A stretch of DNA of 63,625 nt, filler included, from Nitrospiraceae bacterium (GCA_037442105.1; 4 parts of 4 records of this genome joined end to end with filler, not necessarily neighbours in it); one strand, 5' to 3'; shown: positions 28,701 to 38,489, counted from the first letter of the whole stretch. Made by a program: numbers and translations. Notes: generated from the sequence alone by a model not told the origin.

Positions 28701-31700
28701 GTGAAGACCGACACCAGCGAACGGGGCCTTGAGAGTCTGATCGTCGAGGCCATGGTGGGTCGTGCCTCTGGCGAAGCGCCGCCCCCTGGCGAGGGCATTA
28801 GCCTCATTCGGGAACGATACGGCGGCACCGGATGGCTTCTTGGCCAAGCCGAAGACTACGACCGCGAGTTCTGTCTGGACCTTCCGCAGCTTCGCGCCTT
28901 CCTCCAAACCACCCAGCCGAAAATAGCCGAAGCGCTGGACCTTAACAACGATAGCCCCGCTCGGCGCAGGTTCCTCGCTCGGCTCCAAGGGGAGATTTCC
29001 AAACGCGGTGTCATCGACGTGCTGCGGCATGGCGTTAAGGATGGCCCGCACCATATCGAGGTGTTCTATGGGACACCCTCGCCTGGCAATGAGAAAGCCG
29101 CTGCGCTCCATGCCACGAACCGCTTCACGGTCACGCGCCAACTTCGCTATAGCCGTGATGAGACGCAACGAGCGTTGGACCTCGGCCTGTTCATCAACGG
29201 CCTCCCAATCGCGACGTTCGAGCTGAAGAACAGCCTCACGAAGCAGACGGTCGAGGACGCTGTCGAGCAGTACAAGCGCGACCGCGACCCTCGGGAGAAG
29301 CTGTTCGAGTTTGGGCGCTGCGTGGTGCACTTTGCATTAGATGATCACGAGGTGCGCTTCTGCACTCATCTGAAGGGGAAAGGGTCGTGGTTTCTTCCGT
29401 TCAATCAAGGATGGAACGATGGCGCAGGCAATCCTCCGAATCCGCATGGCATCAAGACCGATTATCTGTGGCGGCGGCTTCTCATCCGTGAGGGACTGAC
29501 TGACATCCTGGAGAACTATGCGCAGATCGTGGAGGAGAAGAATGAAAAGACTGGCCGCATGAAGGCGGTGCAGATCTGGCCGCGGTTCCATCAACTCGAT
29601 GTTGTGAGAAAGCTTCTCACCGATGCCCGAGAGCATGGGGTTGGCCGACGCTATCTCATCCAACACTCAGCAGGCAGCGGGAAATCCAATTCCATCGCCT
29701 GGCTCGGGCATCAGCTCATCGGGCTGCGCAAGGACGACACACCGGCGTTCGACTCGATCATCGTGGTGACCGACCGGCGAATACTTGACAAACAAATCCG
29801 CGACACGATCAAACAGTTTGCCCAGGTGGGCGCCACGGTTGGCCATGCCGAGCACTCCGGTGATTTGCGGAAATTCATTGCCGAGGGGAAGAAGATCATC
29901 ATCTCGACCGTTCAGAAGTTCCCGTTCATCCTCGACGAGATCAGCACTGAACAGCGCAGTAAGAAGTTCGCCATTATCATCGACGAGGCTCATTCGAGCC
30001 AGGGAGGGCGCACTTCCGCCGCGTTGAGCATGACGCTCTCGACTACCGGGGCTGAGGAGGATGATGAAACCATCGAGGACAAGATCAATCGGCTGATGGA
30101 AGCCAAGAAGCTGCTGCCGAACGCGAGCTATTTTGCCTTTACCGCCACGCCCAAGAACAAGACGTTGGAGATCTTTGGTGAGGCGCTCCTACTGGATGCT
30201 GAGGGCAAGGTTCGCCACCGCCCCTTTCACAGCTATACGATGAAGCAGGCGATTCAGGAGGGGTTCATTCTCGACGTCCTCAAGCACTATACGCCGGTCG
30301 GGAGCTACTACAAATTGGTCAAGAAGGTGGAGGGCGATCCGGAGTTCGACACCAAGCGGGCGAAGAAGAAGCTGCGTCGATACGTGGAGAGTCACGATCA
30401 CGCGATTCGCCTCAAGGCCGAAATCATGGTGGACCATTTCCATGAGCAAGTGCTGGGGCTGAACAAGATCGGCGGACGGGCGCGGGCCATGGTCGTGACC
30501 AGTGGCATCGAGCGAGCCATCCAGTACTTCCACGCTTTCCGCGATTATCTCGCTGAGCGCAAGAGTCCACACAAGCCCATCGTCGCCTTCTCAGGCGAAC
30601 ATGAGTATGGCGGCGCAAAGGTCACGGAGGGCTCGCTCAACGGCTTCCCATCGAGTCAGATTGCGGACAAGATCCAGGAAGACCCGTACCGGTTTCTGAT
30701 CTGCGCCGATAAATTCCAAACCGGCTACGACGAACCGCTCCTCCACACGATGTATGTGGACAAGATTCTCTCCGGGATCAAGGCCGTCCAAACGCTCTCG
30801 CGCTTGAATCGCGCCCATCCGCAAAAGCATGACGTGTTCGTGCTCGATTTTATGAACGACAGTGACATGATCCAGGAGGCGTTCGCCGACTACTACCGTA
30901 CGACGATCCTTGCAGAAGAGACCGATCCCAACAAGCTCCATGACTTGAAGGCCGCGCTCGATGGCTATCAAGTGTATGCTTCGGCGCAGATCGATCAGCT
31001 CGTGGCGCTGTACCTTGGAGGGGCTGACCGTGACAAGCTTGATCCGATCCTCGACGCGTGCGTTGCTATTTACAAGGAGCAGCTCAACGAGGATGGGCAG
31101 GTGGACTTCAAGGGTAAAGGCAAGGCGTTCCTACGCGCCTACGGCTTCCTCTCATCAATTCTGCCCTACACCAATGCTCAGTGGGAAAGATTGTCGATCT
31201 TCCTCAACTTCCTGGTCCCCAAGTTGCCGGCACCGAAGGAAGAAGATCTGTCCAAGGGCATTCTGGACGCCATCGACATGGACAGCTATCGCGTTGAAAA
31301 GAAGGCAGCGATGAAGATTCAGTTACCTGACGAGAATGCCGAGATCGAGCCGGTGCCAATGACCGGTGGAGGGAGTAAGTCCGAGCCAGAGCTTGATCGG
31401 CTCTCCAACATCCTCAAGACCTTCAATGACCAATTCGGGAATATCCCCTGGACCGACACCGACCGGGTGCACAAACTCATTACAGAAGACATCCCCAACC
31501 GTGTGGCGGCTGATAGTGCTTATCAGAACGCGAAGCAGAACTCGGACAAACAGAACGCCAGAATCGAGCACGACAAGGCGCTGGCTAGAGTGATGACCGC
31601 CGTGCTCAAGGACGACACGGAGCTGTTCAAGCAATTCATGGACAACGACTCATTCAAACGCTGGCTGACCGATACGGTGTTTCGAATTACCTACGACAAC

Positions 31701-31724
31701 GAGCTTGATGCACCCCCACGATGA
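28701..31724 (+). CDS. hsdR: Type I R-M restriction subunit R
   Basis: DLGLFING.PI.TFELK nuclease motif, HSAGSGKS, DEAH, TATP, QTGYD. Confidence 0.96.
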   Translation: MKTDTSERGLESLIVEAMVGRASGEAPPPGEGISLIRERYGGTGWLLGQAEDYDREFCLDLPQLRAFLQTTQPKIAEALDLNNDSPARRRFLARLQGEISKRGVIDVLRHGVKDGPHHIEVFYGTPSPGNEKAAALHATNRFTVTRQLRYSRDETQRALDLGLFINGLPIATFELKNSLTKQTVEDAVEQYKRDRDPREKLFEFGRCVVHFALDDHEVRFCTHLKGKGSWFLPFNQGWNDGAGNPPNPHGIKTDYLWRRLLIREGLTDILENYAQIVEEKNEKTGRMKAVQIWPRFHQLDVVRKLLTDAREHGVGRRYLIQHSAGSGKSNSIAWLGHQLIGLRKDDTPAFDSIIVVTDRRILDKQIRDTIKQFAQVGATVGHAEHSGDLRKFIAEGKKIIISTVQKFPFILDEISTEQRSKKFAIIIDEAHSSQGGRTSAALSMTLSTTGAEEDDETIEDKINRLMEAKKLLPNASYFAFTATPKNKTLEIFGEALLLDAEGKVRHRPFHSYTMKQAIQEGFILDVLKHYTPVGSYYKLVKKVEGDPEFDTKRAKKKLRRYVESHDHAIRLKAEIMVDHFHEQVLGLNKIGGRARAMVVTSGIERAIQYFHAFRDYLAERKSPHKPIVAFSGEHEYGGAKVTEGSLNGFPSSQIADKIQEDPYRFLICADKFQTGYDEPLLHTMYVDKILSGIKAVQTLSRLNRAHPQKHDVFVLDFMNDSDMIQEAFADYYRTTILAEETDPNKLHDLKAALDGYQVYASAQIDQLVALYLGGADRDKLDPILDACVAIYKEQLNEDGQVDFKGKGKAFLRAYGFLSSILPYTNAQWERLSIFLNFLVPKLPAPKEEDLSKGILDAIDMDSYRVEKKAAMKIQLPDENAEIEPVPMTGGGSKSEPELDRLSNILKTFNDQFGNIPWTDTDRVHKLITEDIPNRVAADSAYQNAKQNSDKQNARIEHDKALARVMTAVLKDDTELFKQFMDNDSFKRWLTDTVFRITYDNELDAPPR

Positions 31725-31863
31725 GAGAACTTGGACAAGACAAAGATTAGAAGAACGCGATGTCGGCAACCTTCCTCAGAATCAGGCCAACCGAGCGGCC
31801 ATCACCTATCCCAACAGTCCCCTCTTCACCATCGCGTTGAAAAAGGCGAGCGACTTCCGCATG

Positions 31864-32015
31864 CATGCCATCGGTGTCGATGCCTGTTCGTGCACTGGGA
31901 CACCGACGATCCTTCTCTTTTGGACTTGTATCTGATGAGCTACGAACGCCACGCGCTGCTGAATCACTTCGTCATCACCTGTCCACAGGACATCTGTCGA
32001 CGGCGCCGTGCCTGA
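31864..32015 (+). pseudogene. Frameshifted 3' remnant of a paralog of 21547-22902
   Basis: HAIGVD/..HWDTDDPSLLDLYLMSYERHALLNHFV vs HAVGVD..HWDSDDSSLLHLYLLSYERHALLNHFV. Confidence 0.85.
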
Positions 32016-32054
32016 TACTGCGTGACTCAATTCGATGACTCGTCACACCGCCAG

Positions 32055-33758
32055 TCAATTCGGCTGTTGATTCTGTTCCAGCAGCTCAATGCCAAATTGG
32101 ACCGGCACCCCGATGTTCGCACCCCCGAATCGCCGGAGGATCATGCTGTTGATCGCGATGACCTCGCCCTGCAGATTGAATACCGGTCCTCCACTGCCAC
32201 CCTGTGTGGTTTGGGCATCGTACAGCAGCCGATCTGGGAGCACGTCGCCCACATGTCCTTGGGTCGCTAGCGGGCGAATCAGTTTGTGGTCTGCCAGGTC
32301 TTGTGCCAGGCGATCGGCGTCCGTGCCGGCTCGCTGCATGATGTCCGAACTGGTTGCGGGGTCTGCTCGGGCTAAGAGCGCATCGAATCCTGTCGGATAC
32401 CCCAGCACGAGAATCGACTCTCCGACCGCAGCCCCGTCGGCTTGCGAAGCCAATCGGAGCGCCGGTAGCTTCAGGCCGCGAGGATCGAATTGCAGCAGCG
32501 CCAGATCAGCGTTCTCCGAGACCGACACGACGGTGAGGTCAAACGGAGCGGGCACACCGGGGAAGAAGGCTCGGAACCTGAGAAGCCTCGGTGCAAGGTC
32601 CGGTCCGATAAGCTGCCGGGTCGCTGGATCCATCTCCCAGGGATGGGCCAGGTGGCGGTTGGTCAGAAGGACACCGCGGGCATGCACCAAGAATCCCGTT
32701 CCGGTGAAACTCACCGTCACCGGCGGGGTGTCGCCGCCGAATGTGAAGAGCGGAGAGCCATCTGCGTCCCGTAGAGGCTCTCCGTTAGCCTGCACTCCCT
32801 GAAAACGGAGGGGGCGGCCGGAGCTGATTTCCACAAAACCAAACGTTCCTTGAAGGAAAGCCACGCTGCCGCCAAAGATCCGAATGATCCGCTCTGCCGC
32901 CACATGACCGCTCTCGACCGCGCGGAGTTGCTGCTTGAGTGCCGCGACCTCGGCCTCTGTTCCCGTTTCTGTTTCTTTACGGCGCACAAGGGCGGTCAGC
33001 GTGTCGGCCTGTTTTTTGTGCTCGTCGAGCAATTCGGTCGCCCGCTGCCGCTCCTCCTGAACTCTCTTTTCTAACTCCCGTTGGGAAACCCGGCTGGTCT
33101 CAATCTGCTCCAGCAGGTGGTAGATCTGGCGTTCATCGGCCTGTCGCGCCGTGTACTGGTAGGAGAACAGACCGAGGACCAGCGCGAGCGGCAGCAGCAC
33201 AAGAGCTCCCGCAAGCAGCCTGACGGGCTTCGTCGCATGGAAGACAAGATCGCTCAGGAGATGTCGGAAGAAGAGGGCGGTGCCGACCACCCATCCCCGC
33301 TGAGCATGGATCGCGATATCGCGACAGTCGCAAAAGATATCCCAGATCGGTTTGCAACTCGCATAGGCTTCGGGCCTGATCCGAATGCGGACCTGAGGCC
33401 CGCCGATTCCGAACCTCAACAGGTCATTGTCCTGAAGAATGATCTCGGTGACACACTGGTGGTTGACGAACGTACTCCGTTGATTCCCCTTATGCCGGAG
33501 CACGACCTCACAGTTCTCCACCGTAATCTCGGCATGAAACAGTGACACCGCCGCGTCATCGAGAGGATCAAAGGCAAGGTCATTGCTGGGGTCCGTCCCG
33601 ATCCTCAGGCGGTTTACGGCATACTCTTGTGTCTGCCCTCGCCGGCTTCCCGAAAGGTGGACCAGGGCGAACGTGGCAAGGGCTTGCTTCGTTTCGATCT
33701 GCTCGTCTGATTCAGGATGTGCACTCGGCACGGCCGGTTCCTCGCATGCGTCGTCCAA
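32055..33758 (-). CDS. FHA-domain, membrane-spanning trypsin-like serine protease
   Basis: FHA (IG..VS.FHA..TFVN), TM, coiled coil, triad TNRH / DLALL / GGSGGP. Confidence 0.85.
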   Translation of the reverse strand: MDDACEEPAVPSAHPESDEQIETKQALATFALVHLSGSRRGQTQEYAVNRLRIGTDPSNDLAFDPLDDAAVSLFHAEITVENCEVVLRHKGNQRSTFVNHQCVTEIILQDNDLLRFGIGGPQVRIRIRPEAYASCKPIWDIFCDCRDIAIHAQRGWVVGTALFFRHLLSDLVFHATKPVRLLAGALVLLPLALVLGLFSYQYTARQADERQIYHLLEQIETSRVSQRELEKRVQEERQRATELLDEHKKQADTLTALVRRKETETGTEAEVAALKQQLRAVESGHVAAERIIRIFGGSVAFLQGTFGFVEISSGRPLRFQGVQANGEPLRDADGSPLFTFGGDTPPVTVSFTGTGFLVHARGVLLTNRHLAHPWEMDPATRQLIGPDLAPRLLRFRAFFPGVPAPFDLTVVSVSENADLALLQFDPRGLKLPALRLASQADGAAVGESILVLGYPTGFDALLARADPATSSDIMQRAGTDADRLAQDLADHKLIRPLATQGHVGDVLPDRLLYDAQTTQGGSGGPVFNLQGEVIAINSMILRRFGGANIGVPVQFGIELLEQNQQPN

Positions 33759-33966
33759 CAGCTAATGAAACGTGACGAATCCTCCGTTTCTTTTTGTTCG
33801 GGAGAATGGGATCACACGTCCGCCTCCTATTGTCGAGAATGGCCTGATCCAGGATTTCTCCGCACAAGAGACAACGGTAGCCGTCAACGCAAAATGTGGC
33901 ACTGCTCTCCAGAACGTCACGACACTGTTCCACGATCATCAGACCGTGACATCGCGGGCAATCCAT
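33712..33966 (-). CDS. Small CxxC..CxxC zinc-finger-like protein
   Basis: MDCPRCHGLM...RCLLCGE; AAGGAG RBS. Confidence 0.7.
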   Translation of the reverse strand: MDCPRCHGLMIVEQCRDVLESSATFCVDGYRCLLCGEILDQAILDNRRRTCDPILPNKKKRRIRHVSLAVGRRMRGTGRAECTS

Positions 33967-34015
33967 ATAGACTCTCCTTCCCCTTGGTGCACCAACGGGC
34001 TTTCCCTCACATACA

Positions 34016-34131
34016 ACAATACCCGAAAGCTCTCACCCTCACCGTAAGGTGGCTCACAAGAACAGAATGAATACGCGAGGCGCCGACTTGTAAGCCAGTT
34101 CACAGAACGAGTGTCTGCTTCGGAGTAGCCT
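34016..34131. promoter_or_regulatory. Back-to-back Crp-family class II-type promoters
   Basis: CGTAA-GGTGGC-TCACA (34043) with leftward TATTGT at 21 nt; TGTAA-GCCAGT-TCACA (34089) with rightward TAGCCT at 21 nt. Confidence 0.75.
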
Positions 34132-34175
34132 ATCTTCCAGGAGCCGAACAATCTTTTACTCATGGGAGGTGTGTG

Positions 34176-34351
34176 ATGAGACAGATATCGCTCAAGGGGA
34201 TCGTTGGAACAGCGATGGTTGCGAGTGTTCTGTGGGCTTGTGCCGGCTGAAGCACATCGCGGTGAGCGAGTTCGACATGATGGGGATGCACTTCAAGCCC
34301 GGCACCGCCATGAACTTCATGCCGACTCCGGCGCCGAAGTGCGGAACATGA
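34176..34351 (+). pseudogene. Probable internally deleted lipoprotein gene
   Basis: GGAGG RBS; signal peptide with LWAC lipobox stops at once; an out-of-frame protein-like tail LKHIAVSEFDMMG...PKCGT follows. Confidence 0.55.
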
Positions 34352-34390
34352 GACAGTGATGCGTGATGAGTTCCAAGAAGGAGGTTGCAC

Positions 34391-34747
34391 ATGGCCAAAG
34401 TCGCGATCGTTGTGCTCGCGGATACGGAGACGCATGAAGGACTCGGGCGCGTTGTGAACGCGCTAGAGGCGGTGAAGGAGTTCAAGGATGCTCACGACGA
34501 CGTCCAGCTCATCTTTGACGGCGCCGGGCCCAAGTGGATCGTTGAATTGGAGAAGCCTGATCATAAGCTGCATGGGCTCTACAAGGCGGTGAAGGATCGG
34601 ATCGGCGGCGCGTGCGAGTTCTGCGCGGGAGCGTTCGGCGTCAAGGACAAGGTAGTGGCGTGCGGCGTGAAGCTGGCAGGGGAGTATGACGGCCATCCGA
34701 GCTTCAAAACACTGGTGTCGCAGGGCTATCAGGTCATTACGTTTTGA
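34391..34747 (+). CDS. DsrE/DsrF-like family protein
   Basis: VVNALE..LIFDGAG..ACEFCAGAFG..GY.VITF; AGGAGG RBS. Confidence 0.8.
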   Translation: MAKVAIVVLADTETHEGLGRVVNALEAVKEFKDAHDDVQLIFDGAGPKWIVELEKPDHKLHGLYKAVKDRIGGACEFCAGAFGVKDKVVACGVKLAGEYDGHPSFKTLVSQGYQVITF

Positions 34748-34754
34748 GCACGCG

Positions 34755-35224
34755 CTAATAGACGATGATCCGGTCCGCTTCGGAGAAGAGCTGAACCATC
34801 CGATCGAGCCCGATGGGCGTGACGGCCGGGGCCTCGCGGGCCGGATCGATCTTGTAGAGGAGCATCATCGTGCGGTTCCCATAGATCTCGACGCCCATCT
34901 TCTTGAGGAAGTCGAAATACTCACCGTAATTGTGCGGGATCTGGTCCACGGGCACAGCCATCTGCTCGGAGAGGCTCTGCCGTTTCCATTCGGGCAAGGC
35001 GGCTCGGTCCAGCGCAGTCGTATCGGATCCGGTGAGCCTCCTGAACCACCCGAAGCCCTTCGTCACTGAGGTCACCGCGCTGGCATCCACCAGAATCGTG
35101 ACCTTGTGCCCGGCTTTGACCGCCGCCCACGCCACGTTCGGCACGGCGCAGATCTGGGCATCGTCCTCCGCCAGCGAGGTCTTCATGTGGATGGGGATCC
35201 GGGACAGGTTCGGCTGTTGCGCCG
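34755..35224 (-). CDS. DsrE-like family protein, 5' truncated by the contig end
   Basis: AGHKVTILVDA..GVEIY.N..L.SEADRIIVY. Confidence 0.7.
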
Positions 35225-35324
35225 NNNNNNNNNNNNNNNNNNNNNNNNNNNNNNNNNNNNNNNNNNNNTTAATTAATTAANNNNNNNNNNNNNNNNNNNN
35301 NNNNNNNNNNNNNNNNNNNNNNNN
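35225..35324. other. Artificial contig linker
   Basis: N44-TTAATTAATTAA-N44. Confidence 0.97.
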
Positions 35325-35375
35325 GCGACCCGCGGTTTAGGAAACCGCTGCTCTATCCAACTGAGCTACGGGGGC
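35325..35375 (-). tRNA. tRNA-Arg(CCT), 3' truncated
   Basis: GCCCCCGTAGCTCAGTTGGATAGAGCA-GCGGT-TTCCTAA-ACCGC. Confidence 0.9.
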
Positions 35376-35503
35376 GTGGGACTTACGATACTGAATGGGA
35401 GGTGCAAAGTCCAGCCAGCGCTCGCAACTCTCCTCGGCAACCAAGCGTTGCTCTGCGGGGAGTCCTTCGGAAGAGCTCTCTCTGTTTCGATCGGGAGTGG
35501 CTG

Positions 35504-36886
35504 TCATGGGGTTGATGGTGTACTTGTTTCTGATGATTTTGCTAAAAGGTCTCGTTTGGTCGGAATCTGCGTGAGGAGGTCGGCCCGAGCCTGAAAGAGC
35601 CCCCGCAGCCGCAGGCCGGTGGCATAGACCAAGCCACCCACTTGGTTGCCTAATGCGAGCTTGCCCCCGACTTTGCCGTCGCGACCGGTTGCGACGAATT
35701 CTGCTGCTGGTGCCACTAGCCCGTACGGTGCGAGCGGGGCGGAGTGCTTGATGACTTGCTCCTCGGCGGGGAGGTTTACGACTCGACTCACAAAAAGATC
35801 CGCCACCTCTTGGTTGAGCTTCTCGGTCGGTTGGTCCTCGAGTATCCACTCGTTGTTGTCGTGAATCAGGACATACTGGTCCTCTCGCGTCTTAACCGAA
35901 AGTAACGCGATATCCGCGAACTCGATGCCGAGCAAGCGTTTATCTTGTAAGGCGAAGAGGTCTTTCGTTAAATCCCTAATGGCCGTGGGGTTGATGCGGT
36001 AGATCGGCGCGTCCGGTGTCGTTTCGGCAAAGGCTTCGCCGGATGACGGATCGGGCTGGTAGAGCTTGACGACCTGGTCCGCGCCGCCGGCATGAACGGT
36101 CACTTTTACTTTCGGCGCCGTGAGCTTCCTTGCGGCAGCCTCCCGCTCCGGGCCGGGATCGATGATCCCTATCGCCTTCAAGTCTTCGAGCCGGAACAAG
36201 AGCGTCCGGACCTCGGTCTGGTCCGCTTCGGCTTCGATCGGATACCGGATCTTCCATTTCCGCTTCGGTTTCTCGTCTGCTCCGTAGAGCACAATTTCCG
36301 TGGTGGGATAGGTCAGCCTAATCCGGTCGATACCCGCCTGGTCGAATCGGAGGATCTCCTTACGCCGGAATGTCATCACGGTTTTGTTAAGAACATCCTT
36401 CGGCGCCATGTCTGTGAGGAGGACCTTTCGGTCTGATCCCCGTAAGACGTAGAGGGTGGACGAGAGCGGTCCGATGTCACCGATCGCAAAGGTTTCATGC
36501 CGCGTTCCAGCGGTGACCGTGATTTGTCCGGATGGTTTCTCGAGACCGAAGGGCGCCAGGGCGGTGGCCTGTTCCTCTACGACCCTCGTCACTTTGCCTG
36601 TGACCAAGGCGCGGATCATGGCTTGGACTTCGCGCGTGTCGGCATCGGCCCGCAGCGGAGCCGTCATGACCCAGTTCTGGCCGCTTCCCGGTGCCAGGGT
36701 GATCTCCTGGCCGTCACTGTTTACGGTCAGGCCAGTGATCTCTCGCTCCTCGAATGGAAGCAACTTCGTGTGCTGGACCTTTGTCTGTTCTTCGGTACGT
36801 TGGGCGGGGATCTCGACGTAATAGAGGTACGCCCCCAGTCCGGCAAGGATGAGGGCCATCAGCAACGTGGGCCAATGTCGCATCAT
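35504..36886 (-). CDS. DUF4340 domain protein (Gld-type ABC accessory)
   Basis: N-terminal TM; repeated W....P..AD and LAP(F/Y)GL modules; follows GldG-like gene. Confidence 0.8.
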   Translation of the reverse strand: MMRHWPTLLMALILAGLGAYLYYVEIPAQRTEEQTKVQHTKLLPFEEREITGLTVNSDGQEITLAPGSGQNWVMTAPLRADADTREVQAMIRALVTGKVTRVVEEQATALAPFGLEKPSGQITVTAGTRHETFAIGDIGPLSSTLYVLRGSDRKVLLTDMAPKDVLNKTVMTFRRKEILRFDQAGIDRIRLTYPTTEIVLYGADEKPKRKWKIRYPIEAEADQTEVRTLLFRLEDLKAIGIIDPGPEREAAARKLTAPKVKVTVHAGGADQVVKLYQPDPSSGEAFAETTPDAPIYRINPTAIRDLTKDLFALQDKRLLGIEFADIALLSVKTREDQYVLIHDNNEWILEDQPTEKLNQEVADLFVSRVVNLPAEEQVIKHSAPLAPYGLVAPAAEFVATGRDGKVGGKLALGNQVGGLVYATGLRLRGLFQARADLLTQIPTKRDLLAKSSETSTPSTP

Positions 36887-36959
36887 ACAAAACCAGTGGT
36901 CAGTGATTGGTGCTGCGGTGATTGGAAATGGTTTTGCTTTCCCACTCGATCATTTCTGG

Positions 36960-38489
36960 CTACAGACGCCGCCGTTTCCGCCAGACGAGCATGCCCCAGA
37001 TGAGCGTTGCCGTGGGGAAGAAGAGCACCTGGACATAGAGCAGCACGCGGTCCTGAGCGGGATTGGGGATAAACGGACGGAGCGCCGGCTCTTTCGGGGT
37101 GATCGAGATCAGGTCCCGTTCTTCCGCAAGCCATCCAGCGGTGTGGAGAAAAAAGTCCGTGTTGCCGGGAAAGTTGAGATACGCGTTACTCGCAAATGTC
37201 GAATTGCCGACCACAACGATCGCCGGACGTTGCTTGCCTTCTTCCGGGGCTTTCTTTGGCGTGATGGCTGCGGCCAACGCCAGGGGGCCTTGCACGTCTT
37301 CTTTCTCGCTATAACTGACCACACGGCCTTTTATGTCCGTTTCCGCCCAGCTACGGGGCGACGTGCGGGCGAGCGGCACGTAGTCCCATTCCTGTGCCGA
37401 TTCTTCCTGGAAGGCGACATGCCGGGCAAGGGGGAAAAGGACGGCCGACGTGAGGTCCTGCGTGATCTCATGCTCCGTAAACGTCCGCACCAGCAAAGCC
37501 GTCAAGTCGCCCTGTGCCAGCCGATCTTGTAAATCCACCAGCACGCCTGCCCCGAGTTCCATGCCCCACCGTTTGAGCAGGTCATCCAACGCCGCTTGCG
37601 TATCGGGATCGACGAGGACCAGCACGTGGCCGCCGTCGGCGACGTAGGTGTGAATCCGTTCTTTCTCTTCCGCAGTGACCGGGCGACGAGGGCCGGCCAC
37701 GACCAGGACGGATGCATTCTGGGGCACAGCGGTCTCTTGGAGGAGCATGACCGTGCCGACATCGTAGCCTTGTTTGATAAGCGCGTCTTTGGCGAGGGCG
37801 AAGCCCCCGCGCTCTCGATCCTCGATGCTGCGCTCGCCGTGTCCTTCGAGAAAGACGATGCGCTTCTTGGTTTCTTTGGAGACGCGGATGATCGCGCCGG
37901 TGAGTTCCACTTCGGACGGGGCGTTGATCCGGACGGTCTGTGGGCCGCTCTCTAGGACAGCAGTGTCGATCCGCGTGATGCCGTATTCGCGTGCGATGTT
38001 GGGTTGCCGTTCGGGGTCCACAAACTGCACCGTGATTTTGTTCGTTACCTGGCGGTAGGTGTCCAGTAGATCGCGATAGGTGTTGAATGCCTGGCTCCTG
38101 TCTTGAGCGAACACGGTGATCTTGACGTCGCGGTTCAGGCTCCGCAACACGCGATGGGTTTGCGGGGCGAGGGTGAAGTGTTGAGTTTCCGAGAAGTCCC
38201 ATCGTTGGGAGTGCCGCGCGCCCAGGAAGTTGACGATAGCCAAGATGCCGGCGAATAAGACGACCATTAATACGCTGTTGGCGCCCATGCGCGTCGAGCG
38301 CCGGACCGAAAACGCCTTGAGAGCCTCGAAGTGGATCACGAAAAAGATGATCAGGCAGACCAGTGCCAAACCCTCACAGAGAGTCATCAGCCACAACTTG
38401 TCCGGTGCGAGGCTATACGCGATTACTCCGCCGACGGCGAGCACGGCGCCCATGATGCCGACAGGGAATGAAGAACGGGCTACTTCCAT
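36960..38489 (-). CDS. GldG-family ABC auxiliary component
   Basis: WDFSE..FTLA, FLEGHGE, LVVAGP, C-terminal TM. Confidence 0.85.
   Translation of the reverse strand: MEVARSSFPVGIMGAVLAVGGVIAYSLAPDKLWLMTLCEGLALVCLIIFFVIHFEALKAFSVRRSTRMGANSVLMVVLFAGILAIVNFLGARHSQRWDFSETQHFTLAPQTHRVLRSLNRDVKITVFAQDRSQAFNTYRDLLDTYRQVTNKITVQFVDPERQPNIAREYGITRIDTAVLESGPQTVRINAPSEVELTGAIIRVSKETKKRIVFLEGHGERSIEDRERGGFALAKDALIKQGYDVGTVMLLQETAVPQNASVLVVAGPRRPVTAEEKERIHTYVADGGHVLVLVDPDTQAALDDLLKRWGMELGAGVLVDLQDRLAQGDLTALLVRTFTEHEITQDLTSAVLFPLARHVAFQEESAQEWDYVPLARTSPRSWAETDIKGRVVSYSEKEDVQGPLALAAAITPKKAPEEGKQRPAIVVVGNSTFASNAYLNFPGNTDFFLHTAGWLAEERDLISITPKEPALRPFIPNPAQDRVLLYVQVLFFPTATLIWGMLVWRKRRRL

Noticed and set aside
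34248..34250. TGA after a lipobox as selenocysteine readthrough
   Set aside because: Readthrough meets another TGA five codons later; the protein-like tail is in a different frame
35225..35375. tRNA-Arg as the integration site of the accessory island
   Set aside because: Adjacency crosses an artificial linker; no integrase or att duplication seen
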